From an uncultured delta proteobacterium (lineage in GTDB: Bacteria > Desulfobacterota > Desulfomonilia > UBA1062): a DNA stretch of 64,000 nt. Where the stretch lies: NCBI GenBank assembly GCA_963785235.1, contig CAWAUM010000007.1:96001-160000 (forward strand), written 5' to 3'. Both the position numbers and the translations under genes were made by a program. This document shows positions 19,296 through 28,508 of this stretch, piece after piece; position 1 is the stretch's first letter, and every line of letters begins with the position of its first letter. The notes under the pieces were generated by a model. The model was not told where the DNA came from. It saw nothing but the letters and a program-made list of their open reading frames with translations, and did not search any database.

Positions 19296-19512
19296 ATGGC
19301 AAAGTTAGACGTGAAATTCATTGCCGGAAATGAGGCCCGCCAAGTCAGAAGTGATTCGGGACAAGTGCATCGGCTGCGGGGTCTGCGTGACGGGTTGCCC
19401 AGAGGAGGCGATCGAACTTGTGCCTGTATCGAAAGAAGAATGGTTCCATACTCCCGCCAGCATGGCGGAATGGGAAGAGTTGCGACTGCAGAATATGGCA
19501 TCGAAAAAGTAA
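19296..19512 (+). CDS. Small single-motif 4Fe-4S protein paralogous to the C-terminus of 15464..16720 (one indel near 19326), or a gene remnant
   Basis: RBS gaaggag plus ATG at 19296 gives MAKLDVKFIA. After removing one base it continues EMRPAKSEVIRDKCIGCGVCVTGCPEEAIELVPVSKEEWFHTPASMAEWEE. Confidence 0.6.
19408..19484 (+). repeat. 77-bp direct repeat copy 2
   Basis: gcgatcgaacttgtgcctgtatcgaaagaagaatggttccatactcccgccagcatggcggaatgggaagagttgcg compared with 16613..16689. Confidence 0.85.
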
Positions 19513-19597
19513 CGAGGTACCCAAAAGCCACGGTTGTGTAATGCCGTTGCTTCGGGAAGGGAAAAGGGGGACCACATACCATGTCAAGGAGAAACAT

Positions 19598-21284
19598 ATG
19601 AAAGTAATAATTGTCGGCGGAGTGGCGGGTGGCGCGTCGTGTGCGGCGCGCCTGCGGAGATTGGATGAAAAGGCGGAAATACTCATGGTGGAACGCGGGC
19701 CGTATGTCTCCTACGCGAACTGCGGGCTTCCCTACCATATCAGCGGCGTGATCGAAAAAGAGGCATGCCTCCTGGTGGCCACGGAAGCGACGTTCCGTGA
19801 GCAGTTCGCAGTGGATTGCCGCACGAACTGCGAGGCGGTCGGGATTGATGCGAAAAAGAAGACCGTGGAGCTGAAGAACCACGCCACCGGCGAGGTGTCC
19901 ACCGAGCACTACGACAAGCTCGTGCTTTCTCCCGGGTCGGCGCCGATCCGTCCGCCACTGCCGGGTATCGACCTCCCGGGGATCTTTTCGGTGCGGACCG
20001 TGCCGGACGCCCGAGACATACGCGCCTGGATTGGACGCAACGACGTGCCGGACCATTCGGAAACAGGCTACCAGGCCGTGACGCCAGCCAAGCGCGCGGT
20101 GGTGATCGGCGGCGGATTCATCGGACTTGAGATGGCCGAGAACCTGGTGCACCTCGGGCTCGAGGTCACCGTGGTTGAGATGCTCGATCAGGTCATGCCC
20201 CCGCTTGATCCGGAAATGGCACGCCTGGTCGAGTCCCACCTGGAGAAGCATGGTGTCCGCCTGGCGCTGGGCGACGCGGTGGCCGGCTTCAGGCAGGCGG
20301 AGCATGGTTCGCTCGAGGTGCTCACGAAATCAGGGAAAACGCATCCGGCGGACATCGTGATCATGGCCATCGGTGTGCGTCCTGAGACTGAGCTGGCAAA
20401 GATGGCCGCCATCGAGATCGGGGAGCGCGGGGGGATCCGCGTGGACGAGCATATGCGCACGAGCGACCCGGATATTTTCGCCGTGGGAGATGCCGTCGAG
20501 GTAAGGGATTTCGTTACAGGCCAGTGGTCGCTCATCCCGCTTGCAGGGCCTGCGAACCGTCAGGGCCGCATCGCGGCTGATGTGATCGTCGGGCGCGACT
20601 CGCGTTACCGGGGCACGCAGGGCACTTCCATCTGTCTCGTCTTCGATGCAGCGGTGGCCTCGACCGGAGTCAGTGAAAAGATCCTTATCAGACTGGGCGA
20701 CACGGATTACGAAAAGATCTATCTCTACCCGAACTCGCACGCAGGGTATTACCCGGGCGCCAAGCTGCTCGCAATAAAAGTCCTGTTCCGGAAATCCGAC
20801 GGCCGTCTCCTGGGCGCGCAGGTGCTCGGCCAGGACGGCGTTACCAAGCGGATCGATTCCTTTGCCATGGCTATCCAGATGGGATGCACCATTTACGACC
20901 TGGAAGAGGCCGAGCTGAGCTACGCGCCCCCGTTCGGCAGCGCCAAGGACCCGGTCAACTTCGCCGGGATGGTGGCCGCTAATATCTTGCGCGGCGACAT
21001 GCCGGTGTGCCCACTGGGATGCGGCGCAGGGAGGGTTCCTCCTCGATGTGCGCAATCCGCCCGAACTGGCCGTTGAGCAGGCGCCGGGTGTGGTCAACAT
21101 ACCGCTGCCGGAGCTCCGTGCACGCCTGGGCGAGCTGCCCCGCGAGCGCGAGATTTTCGTGATCTGCCGCTCGGCCCAGCGCGCCTACTATGCGACGCGC
21201 ATCCTGCTGCAGAACGGGTTCAAGGCCCGCAACATCTCCGGCGGCATGCTGGTGCGTTCGCACCTGGCGGTGGGATGGAAATAA
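19598..21284 (+). CDS. CoA-disulfide/persulfide reductase with C-terminal rhodanese domain, frameshift near 21010
   Basis: GGVAGGASCAARLRR, SYANCGLPY redox Cys, GGGFIGLE, YYPGA, YAPPFGSAKDPVN; rhodanese domain VICRSAQRAY in the next frame. Confidence 0.9.
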
Positions 21285-21307
21285 ATAGTGAACGCAAGGA
21301 GCACAAT

Positions 21308-21817
21308 ATGACTGAACAAAATCTTCCCAAAGGAAAACAGACGGTGCTGGGGCTCTATGTGACGGCAAAGGAGGCCTACGAGAAGTGGAAGGCCGAGCCG
21401 GACAGGGTGATGATCCTCGACGTACGCACACCGGAAGAGTACCTCTTCATCGGCCACCCGGCCATGGCCTGGAAGATCCCCATCGCGGCCCAGGAGTATG
21501 AGTGGGACGCCGGCAAGGGGAAGTTCCCCATGAAGCTCCTCACCGATTTCGTTGAGCGGGTGAGCTCCGTGGCCGGGCCAGATGACACGATCCTCGTCAC
21601 GTGTCGCTCCGGCGGCCGCAGCGCCATTGCCGCCAACCTGCTTGCCCAGGCCGGGTACAAGAAGGTCTACAACATCATCGACGGCGTGGAAGGGGACGCG
21701 GTTGAAGATCCTGACAGCGTCTTCCTGGGTCAGCGCCTGAAGAACGGATGGAAGAACTCGGGATGTCCGTGGACATACAAGCTCACGCCCGACAGACTGC
21801 TGCTTCCAAAAGCATGA
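21308..21817 (+). CDS. Rhodanese-like sulfurtransferase
   Basis: ILDVRTPEEY..IGH, active-site loop CRSGGRS, YNIIDGVEG, GWKNSGCPW. Confidence 0.88.
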   Translation: MTEQNLPKGKQTVLGLYVTAKEAYEKWKAEPDRVMILDVRTPEEYLFIGHPAMAWKIPIAAQEYEWDAGKGKFPMKLLTDFVERVSSVAGPDDTILVTCRSGGRSAIAANLLAQAGYKKVYNIIDGVEGDAVEDPDSVFLGQRLKNGWKNSGCPWTYKLTPDRLLLPKA

Positions 21818-21941
21818 TAGGCGGGCTTGCAGGAGGGACAACAACTTGAAAGGAAAGGGACCATGAGCGATGTAAGGCAGTTCCTTCAGCCCACAGGCCA
21901 TTTAACAGCAATGCATTTTATAATTTGAAAGGAAAAAGATT

Positions 21942-22816
21942 ATGGACATTATGACTTGGTTCAACATCACAGTGGTCGTGTTTACCGTGGCTAATCTGAT
22001 GGCCGGGGGCCTTGAGTGCGATCTGAAAGAAGCGGTCAAGTTGTTGAAAAGCCCCACGCTCTTCGTGCCGACCCTTTTTTGGGGCTGGGTGGCCGGGCCG
22101 GCCCTTGCCTGGCTGATCATCCAAGTGCTTCCGCTGTCGGCGGGACATGCCGCCGGGCTGATGTTGTGCAGCTTGGCGCCCATTGCGCCGTTCCTGCCGC
22201 TGGCGGCGATGAAGGCCCGTGGCGACATGACCTTCACCGGAGCCTACATCCTGCTGGGGACGGTCGTTACCGTCTTGTTGATGCCGCTGATGGCACCTCT
22301 GCTGATCAAGGGGCTGACCTTGAGCACCTGGCCGCTCGCGAAGCCGCTCATCATATTGGTGCTGATTCCTTTGCTGCTTGGCATTGTCATCCGGTTTTAC
22401 AAGCCGGCAGTGGCCGCCAAGATATTTAAACCGGTCAAGAAAACCGGCGGCATCTTCCTGCTGCTCTGCCTGGGGACGTGCCTGTGGATCTACGGCATGC
22501 AAATGCTCGGCACGGTGGGCAGCTTTGCCACGGCCGCTTGGGTCATCTTCATGGTCGTGATGGCCGTGCTGCCGTATCTGATTGGCTTCGGCATGAAACA
22601 GAATCAGCGCAGCGTCATGGCAATCGGCCAGAGCTCGCGGAATATTTCGGCCGGGTTCGTGGCGTTCTTTGGTATTACCAACCCGCCCGAGGGGATGTTC
22701 CTGATGGTTGTGCTGGTGGTTCCGCTGCACGTCATCATCGGGCTCTTATCGGTGCCGCCCATATTCGCCAGGCTGGCCGGCAAGACCGTGAAACCGCTGA
22801 GGAAGTTGCGGCATGA
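21942..22816 (+). CDS. Bile acid:sodium symporter (BASS/SBF)-family transporter; frameshift near 22790
   Basis: About 9 hydrophobic helices; LAPIAPFLP..AMKARGD and SSRNISA motifs. The probable true end is ...ETAEEVAA* at 22816. Confidence 0.75.
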
Positions 22817-22929
22817 ACATCATCCGGAAGATCTCCAGCCTGCTGCAGCGCGATTTTCCTGGAGTGAGGCACACAAGCATTACGATGAATCTCGAAAAGC
22901 ACAGAAGCTCAGAAATATGGAGGTATGCA

Positions 22930-23757
22930 ATGAGTACGTTCAAATCGACAATGGTCCTGATGGTGTTCCTGGCAACGGCTCTGGCGGCATGGGCGCAGGA
23001 GCCTGCCACGGAAGGGGCAAGCGCGCAGCAGGATCAGGCGGCGGAACTGGCGAAAAAGGCGCAGAATCCGGTAGCGGACCTGATGATCATGCCGCTGCAG
23101 TACAACATCGATTTCGGCATCGGCCCTGCGGACGCGTCCCAGCAGACGCTGAAATTCATGCCGGTCATTCCGTTTTCGCTGGGCACGGAGTGGAACCTGA
23201 TCACCCGCACCATCATACCATGGATCGATGCGGAGTCGCCGGTGGAAGGCGGCGAGGACTATTCCGGTCTGGGCGACATCCAGCAGAGCTTCTTCTTCAC
23301 GCCCAAAGAGCCGGTGGGTGGATGGATCATGGGAGCGGGACCGATCATCCAGTACCCGTCGGCCACCGAAGATGCGCTCGGCAGCGAGAAGTGGGGCGCA
23401 GGGCCCTCGTTCATTGTGCTGAAGCAGAAGAACGGATGGACCATTGGCATGCTCGCGAACCACGTCTGGTCGTTCGCCGGGAATGACGACCGGGAAAATG
23501 TCAACGTGACGTTCCTGCAGCCGTTCCTCGCCAAGACAACGAAGACCTATACGACGTTGTCCGTGAACACGGAGTCGATCTATGACTGGAAAAACAGCCA
23601 GTGGACGGTCCCCATCAACGTCTCCCTCGGACAGATGATCAAGGTCGGGAAGCTACCCATCAGTCTGGAGCTCGGCTACCGCTATTACGCGGAAAAGCCC
23701 GACGGCGGCCCGGATTGGGGGCTGCGCGCCTTCGTCAAGTTCCTGTTCCCGAAATAG
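22930..23757 (+). CDS. Outer-membrane beta-barrel/transporter (ELAKKAQNPVADL family)
   Basis: Signal peptide, NPVADL, GLGDIQQSFF, LGSEKWGAGP, FLQPF, terminal FLFPK. This family is commonly found beside sulfatases. Confidence 0.7.
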   Translation: MSTFKSTMVLMVFLATALAAWAQEPATEGASAQQDQAAELAKKAQNPVADLMIMPLQYNIDFGIGPADASQQTLKFMPVIPFSLGTEWNLITRTIIPWIDAESPVEGGEDYSGLGDIQQSFFFTPKEPVGGWIMGAGPIIQYPSATEDALGSEKWGAGPSFIVLKQKNGWTIGMLANHVWSFAGNDDRENVNVTFLQPFLAKTTKTYTTLSVNTESIYDWKNSQWTVPINVSLGQMIKVGKLPISLELGYRYYAEKPDGGPDWGLRAFVKFLFPK

Positions 23758-23782
23758 GCTTACGAGTAAAGGAGACTTTTCG

Positions 23783-26512
23783 ATGAATGCCGAACAGACC
23801 CGTCTTGAAGAAGCCCGGAAGAAGAAGGCCCCCTGGAAGAAATGGGGACCTTACCTGAGCGAGCGTCAGTGGGGAACCGTCCGCGAGGACTACAGCGAAA
23901 GCGGGGACGCCTGGAACTACTTCACCCATGACCATGCCCGTTCGCGGGCCTACCGCTGGGGCGAAGACGGCCTTGCCGGCATTTCCGATGAAAAACAGAT
24001 CCTGTGCTTCGCGCTGGCCCTGTGGAACGGCGAAGACCCTATCCTGAAAGAACGCCTGTTCGGGCTCACCGGCGGCGAGGGGAATCACGGCGAGGATGTG
24101 AAGGAATACTACTTCTATCTCGATTCCACACCCACCCACTCGTACATGAAGTACCTCTACAAATACCCCCAGGCCGCCTATCCCTATGACAATCTGGTCG
24201 CCACGAACCGTGACCGCGGCCGGGGCAAACCGGAATACGAACTGCTCGACACGGGCGTGTTTGACCAGGACCGCTATTTTGACGTCTTTGTGGAATACGC
24301 CAAGGCCTCCCCCGAAGACCTGCTCATTCAGGTCACCGTGCACAACCGCGGCCCGGAAACCGCCACGCTCCAGCTCCTGCCCACCCTCTGGTTCCGCAAT
24401 GACTGGTCGTGGGGGCAGGATGTTGCGCGGCCTGTCCTTTGTCAGTTGGCCCATGATAAGACCGGCGGGATCGTCGAGCTTTCGCATCAAAATCTCGGTG
24501 AGCGCTTCTTTTTCGCAGAGGGTGCAACTGATCTCCTGTTCACGGAGAATGAAACCAATACGGAGCGCCTCGTCGGCATGCCCAATCCATCACCGTACGT
24601 GAAAGACGGCATCAACAACTATATCGTTCATGGTAAAAAAGATGCAGTCAATCCCGGGAATAAGGGGACGAAAGTATCGGCCCATTACCCGCTCACACTT
24701 AAGGCCGGTGAATCGCGCACGATCCGCCTGCGGCTCAGCGATCAGCCGGTGAAGGGCTCAAAAAAAGCCCTTGGTCAACTTTTCGGCAAGGCCTTTGAAT
24801 CCGTATTCAAGGCCCGGCTCGCCGAGGCTGATGAGTTCTATGCAACCGTCATTCCCCCCTCGCTGGACACCGACCAAGCCCTGGTCATGCGGCAGGCCCT
24901 GGCCGGGATGCTCTGGTCCAAGCAGTTCTATTTCTTTGACGTGGGCAAATGGCTCAAACAGCACGGCATTCAACCATACAAGGTGAATCAGCGTTCCATA
25001 CGCAACGACCACTGGGGACACATGGTCAATGCAGACGTTATCTCCATGCCGGACAAATGGGAATATCCCTGGTACGCCGCCTGGGACCTGGCCTTCCATG
25101 TCACGGCCCTGACCCTGGTGGATCAGGACTTCGGCAAGGAGCAGCTTGAACTCTTCCTGAAGGCCCGTTATCTTCACCCCAGCGGCCAGATCCCGGCCTA
25201 TGAGTGGAACTTCGGCGACGTCAACCCCCCGGTCCATGCCTGGTCAACGATCTACACCTACCTGACGGAGAAGGCTCATGATGGCAAGGGTGATATCGCC
25301 TGGCTCGAGCGCTGTTTCCACATGCTGCTGTTCAACTTCAACTGGTGGGTGAACAGAAAGGACCGCAACGGGAACAATGCCTTCGAAGGGGGCTTCCTGG
25401 GGCTGGACAATATCGGGGTCTTCGACCGGTCCGCGCCTCTTCCCACCGGCGGATATCTTGAACAGGCAGACGGCACGGCCTGGATGGCGCTGTTCTGCCA
25501 GAACATGGTCGAGATCAGCGCGGAGCTTGCGATAACCAATCCGGCCTATATGAATCTCACCTTGAGATTTTTAAGACACTTCCTCCTGATCGCTTCGGGC
25601 ATGATCCGGCCGGGCGAGGAAGCCGGTATGTGGGACGAGCAGGACGGTTTCTTCTACGATGTGCTTCGCTTGCCGGACGGGCGGTGCGAACGTCTGAAGG
25701 TCCGCTCCATGGTCGGGCTGCTGCCGTTATGCGCGGTGACTATTTTCGAAGGGAAGTTGTTGACCAAATACCCTGAGGCCGCCTCGGCCATGCGTGGGTA
25801 TCTCCAGGCATACCCCGAGCTGATGGCTTTCATCCATGACCCGGCCAAGCCCGGGCACAAAGACCGACGCCTGGGATCGATCCTGAATGAAGACAATCTC
25901 AGAAGGGTGCTGAAGATCATGCTGGATGAGAAGGAATTCCTGAGCCCCTTCGGGATCCGGGCCATCTCGCGCATTCACCAGGATCACCCCTTTTCCTATC
26001 GGGTCGGCGATCAGGAGTACCGGGTGTCGTATCTTCCAGGGGAGTCGGACAACGCCATGTTCGGAGGCAATTCCAACTGGCGCGGCCCCATCTGGATGCC
26101 GGTCAACATGCTGATCCTCCGCGCGCTGCTTCAGTACTACCTGTATTACGGGGACTCATTCACCATCGAGTGCCCGACTGGGTCGGGCAAGCAGATGAAC
26201 CTCTACCAGGTGGCCCAGGAGATCGGGAGCCGGCTGGCCACTATCTTCCTGAAGGATAAGAACGGGAAGCGGCCCGTGCACGGGGCGGAGCGAAAATTCC
26301 AGGAAGATCCACACTGGAAAGATTATCCCCTGTTCTACGAATACTTCCACGGTGACACCGGCGTCGGCGTCGGCGCGAGCCACCAGACAGGATGGACCGG
26401 GGCGATCGCGCGCATAATGCATCTGTTTGCGTCTTACGATGCGGGCACTATGCTTGAGAGCGGCAAGGAAAAAGTCATGGCCGAGGACCATCACCCAGGG
26501 AGAAAGAAGTGA
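23783..26512 (+). CDS. MGH1-like / GH63-family glucosidase (copy 1)
   Basis: [77 protein letters not shown]. Confidence 0.9.
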   Translation: MNAEQTRLEEARKKKAPWKKWGPYLSERQWGTVREDYSESGDAWNYFTHDHARSRAYRWGEDGLAGISDEKQILCFALALWNGEDPILKERLFGLTGGEGNHGEDVKEYYFYLDSTPTHSYMKYLYKYPQAAYPYDNLVATNRDRGRGKPEYELLDTGVFDQDRYFDVFVEYAKASPEDLLIQVTVHNRGPETATLQLLPTLWFRNDWSWGQDVARPVLCQLAHDKTGGIVELSHQNLGERFFFAEGATDLLFTENETNTERLVGMPNPSPYVKDGINNYIVHGKKDAVNPGNKGTKVSAHYPLTLKAGESRTIRLRLSDQPVKGSKKALGQLFGKAFESVFKARLAEADEFYATVIPPSLDTDQALVMRQALAGMLWSKQFYFFDVGKWLKQHGIQPYKVNQRSIRNDHWGHMVNADVISMPDKWEYPWYAAWDLAFHVTALTLVDQDFGKEQLELFLKARYLHPSGQIPAYEWNFGDVNPPVHAWSTIYTYLTEKAHDGKGDIAWLERCFHMLLFNFNWWVNRKDRNGNNAFEGGFLGLDNIGVFDRSAPLPTGGYLEQADGTAWMALFCQNMVEISAELAITNPAYMNLTLRFLRHFLLIASGMIRPGEEAGMWDEQDGFFYDVLRLPDGRCERLKVRSMVGLLPLCAVTIFEGKLLTKYPEAASAMRGYLQAYPELMAFIHDPAKPGHKDRRLGSILNEDNLRRVLKIMLDEKEFLSPFGIRAISRIHQDHPFSYRVGDQEYRVSYLPGESDNAMFGGNSNWRGPIWMPVNMLILRALLQYYLYYGDSFTIECPTGSGKQMNLYQVAQEIGSRLATIFLKDKNGKRPVHGAERKFQEDPHWKDYPLFYEYFHGDTGVGVGASHQTGWTGAIARIMHLFASYDAGTMLESGKEKVMAEDHHPGRKK

Positions 26513-26596
26513 CGAAACTTCAAAACCCATCGCTCTGCCAGGTCAACACACGGGTCTGAAGGCGATTACCCTAGAACGTAAAAAGGAGGTTACCCT

Positions 26597-27643
26597 ATGA
26601 AAGCGATTACAGTAGAACCCGGAAAGGCCGGGACAGTCCGGTACGAAGATTTTCCGGAGCCCGATGTGCGTGAGGGCTCGGTCCTGGTTGAAGCCATTGC
26701 CGCCGCTGTCTGTGGGACAGACATCGAGATTGCCGAAGGGAAATACGGCTGGGCGCCTCCGGGAAATACGCGTCTGATACTGGGACATGAATCGCTGGGC
26801 CGCGTCATCGATCCGGGTCCAAACAGCTCATTCAAAAAGGGTGACCTGGTGTCCGGGATGGTCCGGCGACCGGACCCGGTTCCCTGCCCCAATTGTGCGG
26901 TAGGCGAGGCTGATATGTGCAGCAACGGCCAGTACACCGAGCGGGGAATCAAGGAAATCCACGGGTTCATGTCGGAACGGTGGCGCATCGAACCGGAATA
27001 CGCCATCAAGGTGGACCCAACGCTGGGAATCCTCGGCGTGCTTCTCGAGCCGACAACGGTGATCATAAAAGCATTGGAGCAGGTCCAAGCGGTGGGACAA
27101 CGATCCTTCTGGGAACCCAAGACCCTGCTCGTGACCGGAGCGGGACCGATTGGTCTCCTGGCGGCCGCTGTAGTAAGTCTTACAGAAATCGAGGTCCATG
27201 TCCTCGATCGTAACAAAACCGGACCGAAGCCGGAACTCGTGGCCGCCCTCGGTGCGACGTATCACTCCGGGAGCATGTTGGATCTCGGATTCGAGCCGGA
27301 CGTCATCGTCGAGTGTACGGGTGCGGGATCGGTGATTGCGGACTCGATCCAGAAGATCGGAGCGGGCGGGATCGTCTGCCTCACCGGCGTCGGAGCGGGC
27401 GGTGTCGCCAGCCGGGCCGTAGGGGACGTCGCGGCGGCAGCGGTCCTGAAGAACAATGTGATTGTCGGCAGCGTGAATGCCAACAAGCGCCACTGGTACA
27501 AGGCGAATGACAGGTTGGGCCGACTGGACCGGGCATGGCTGAGCCGCCTGATCACCCGCTATGAAAAGCCGGAGAATTTCAGTCAGGCCCTGAAGAGAGG
27601 ACCCGATGACATCAAAATTGTCATAGAGTTTTCAAAGATATGA
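26597..27643 (+). CDS. Zn-dependent glucose 1-dehydrogenase (MDR family)
   Basis: CGTD, GHESLG, RRPDPVPCPNC...DMC, YTERGI, LLEP, GAGPIG, GSVNAN. Confidence 0.85.
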   Translation: MKAITVEPGKAGTVRYEDFPEPDVREGSVLVEAIAAAVCGTDIEIAEGKYGWAPPGNTRLILGHESLGRVIDPGPNSSFKKGDLVSGMVRRPDPVPCPNCAVGEADMCSNGQYTERGIKEIHGFMSERWRIEPEYAIKVDPTLGILGVLLEPTTVIIKALEQVQAVGQRSFWEPKTLLVTGAGPIGLLAAAVVSLTEIEVHVLDRNKTGPKPELVAALGATYHSGSMLDLGFEPDVIVECTGAGSVIADSIQKIGAGGIVCLTGVGAGGVASRAVGDVAAAAVLKNNVIVGSVNANKRHWYKANDRLGRLDRAWLSRLITRYEKPENFSQALKRGPDDIKIVIEFSKI

Positions 27644-28498
27644 TGGAAGATTCAAACGACCGGCGTATCCCCTGGGCGCTTTTCGCCTCTGAACTGATCG
27701 GGACGGCAGTGCTCGTTCTGGTCGGCCTGTCTCTGGTCATCTTCATGTTTGGAGCCGGCACCCCTATGGCGCGCCTGATCCCAGGCGAAGGGCTGAGGCG
27801 CCTGATCACCGGTTTTCTCTTCGGTACAACAGGCGCCTGCATTGCGCTCTCTCCGGTTGGGAAGGTGAGCGGAGCGCATATCAACCCGGTCGTAACACTC
27901 GGGTTCCGGCTCATGGGCAAACTCGACGTGCAGACAACCCTCGGATATATCGCGGCTCAGCTGCTCGGCGCGGTCGTGGGGTCGCTGCCGCTTCTTTTAT
28001 GGGGAGCGATGGGGAAAAGCGTGGCCTTTGGAGCGACCTTACCGGGTTCCGACTGCACCCTCTCGGACAGTCTTCCTGGGCGAAGTGATCACCACGTTTA
28101 TGATGGTCGCCCTGCTCTGTGTCTTTCTTGGTTTCCGGACAATCCGTCCCTTCACGCCGGCAATCTTCCCCCCTCTCTACGCGATCATGGTGTGGGCTGA
28201 GGCGCCGATCTCGGGCACCAGCACAAATCCCGCACGCAGCCTTGGCCCGTCGGTCATCTCCGGGCAGTGGCAGGACTGGTGGATCTACTGGATCGGGCCC
28301 ATGGCCGGAATGCTTCTGGCCGTTATCGCCTGCAGTTTCCTTGCGAAGCGCATCGAAGTCGCCAAACTGTACTACTTCGACAGCGACCGCGACCGATCTG
28401 TTTCGCCGCATGGCCATGCCCAGGCCGCCCGGAGGTGCAGACATATGAACGGCCTGTGGTTTGTGAATCAGTTTGAAAAAAGCTCAATAAAACTTTAA
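27640..28498 (+). CDS. Aquaporin/MIP channel, frameshifted (3' end uncertain)
   Basis: SELIGT, SGAHINPVVT and SGTSTNPARSLGP..WIYWIGP across ORFs 27640..28200 and 28028..28498. Confidence 0.88.
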
Positions 28499-28508
28499 AG
28501 GAAGTACT

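Noticed and set aside
21942-23486. 514-aa transporter fusion ORF
   Set aside because: The C-terminal half is out-of-frame read-through over the next gene, caused by an indel near 22790.
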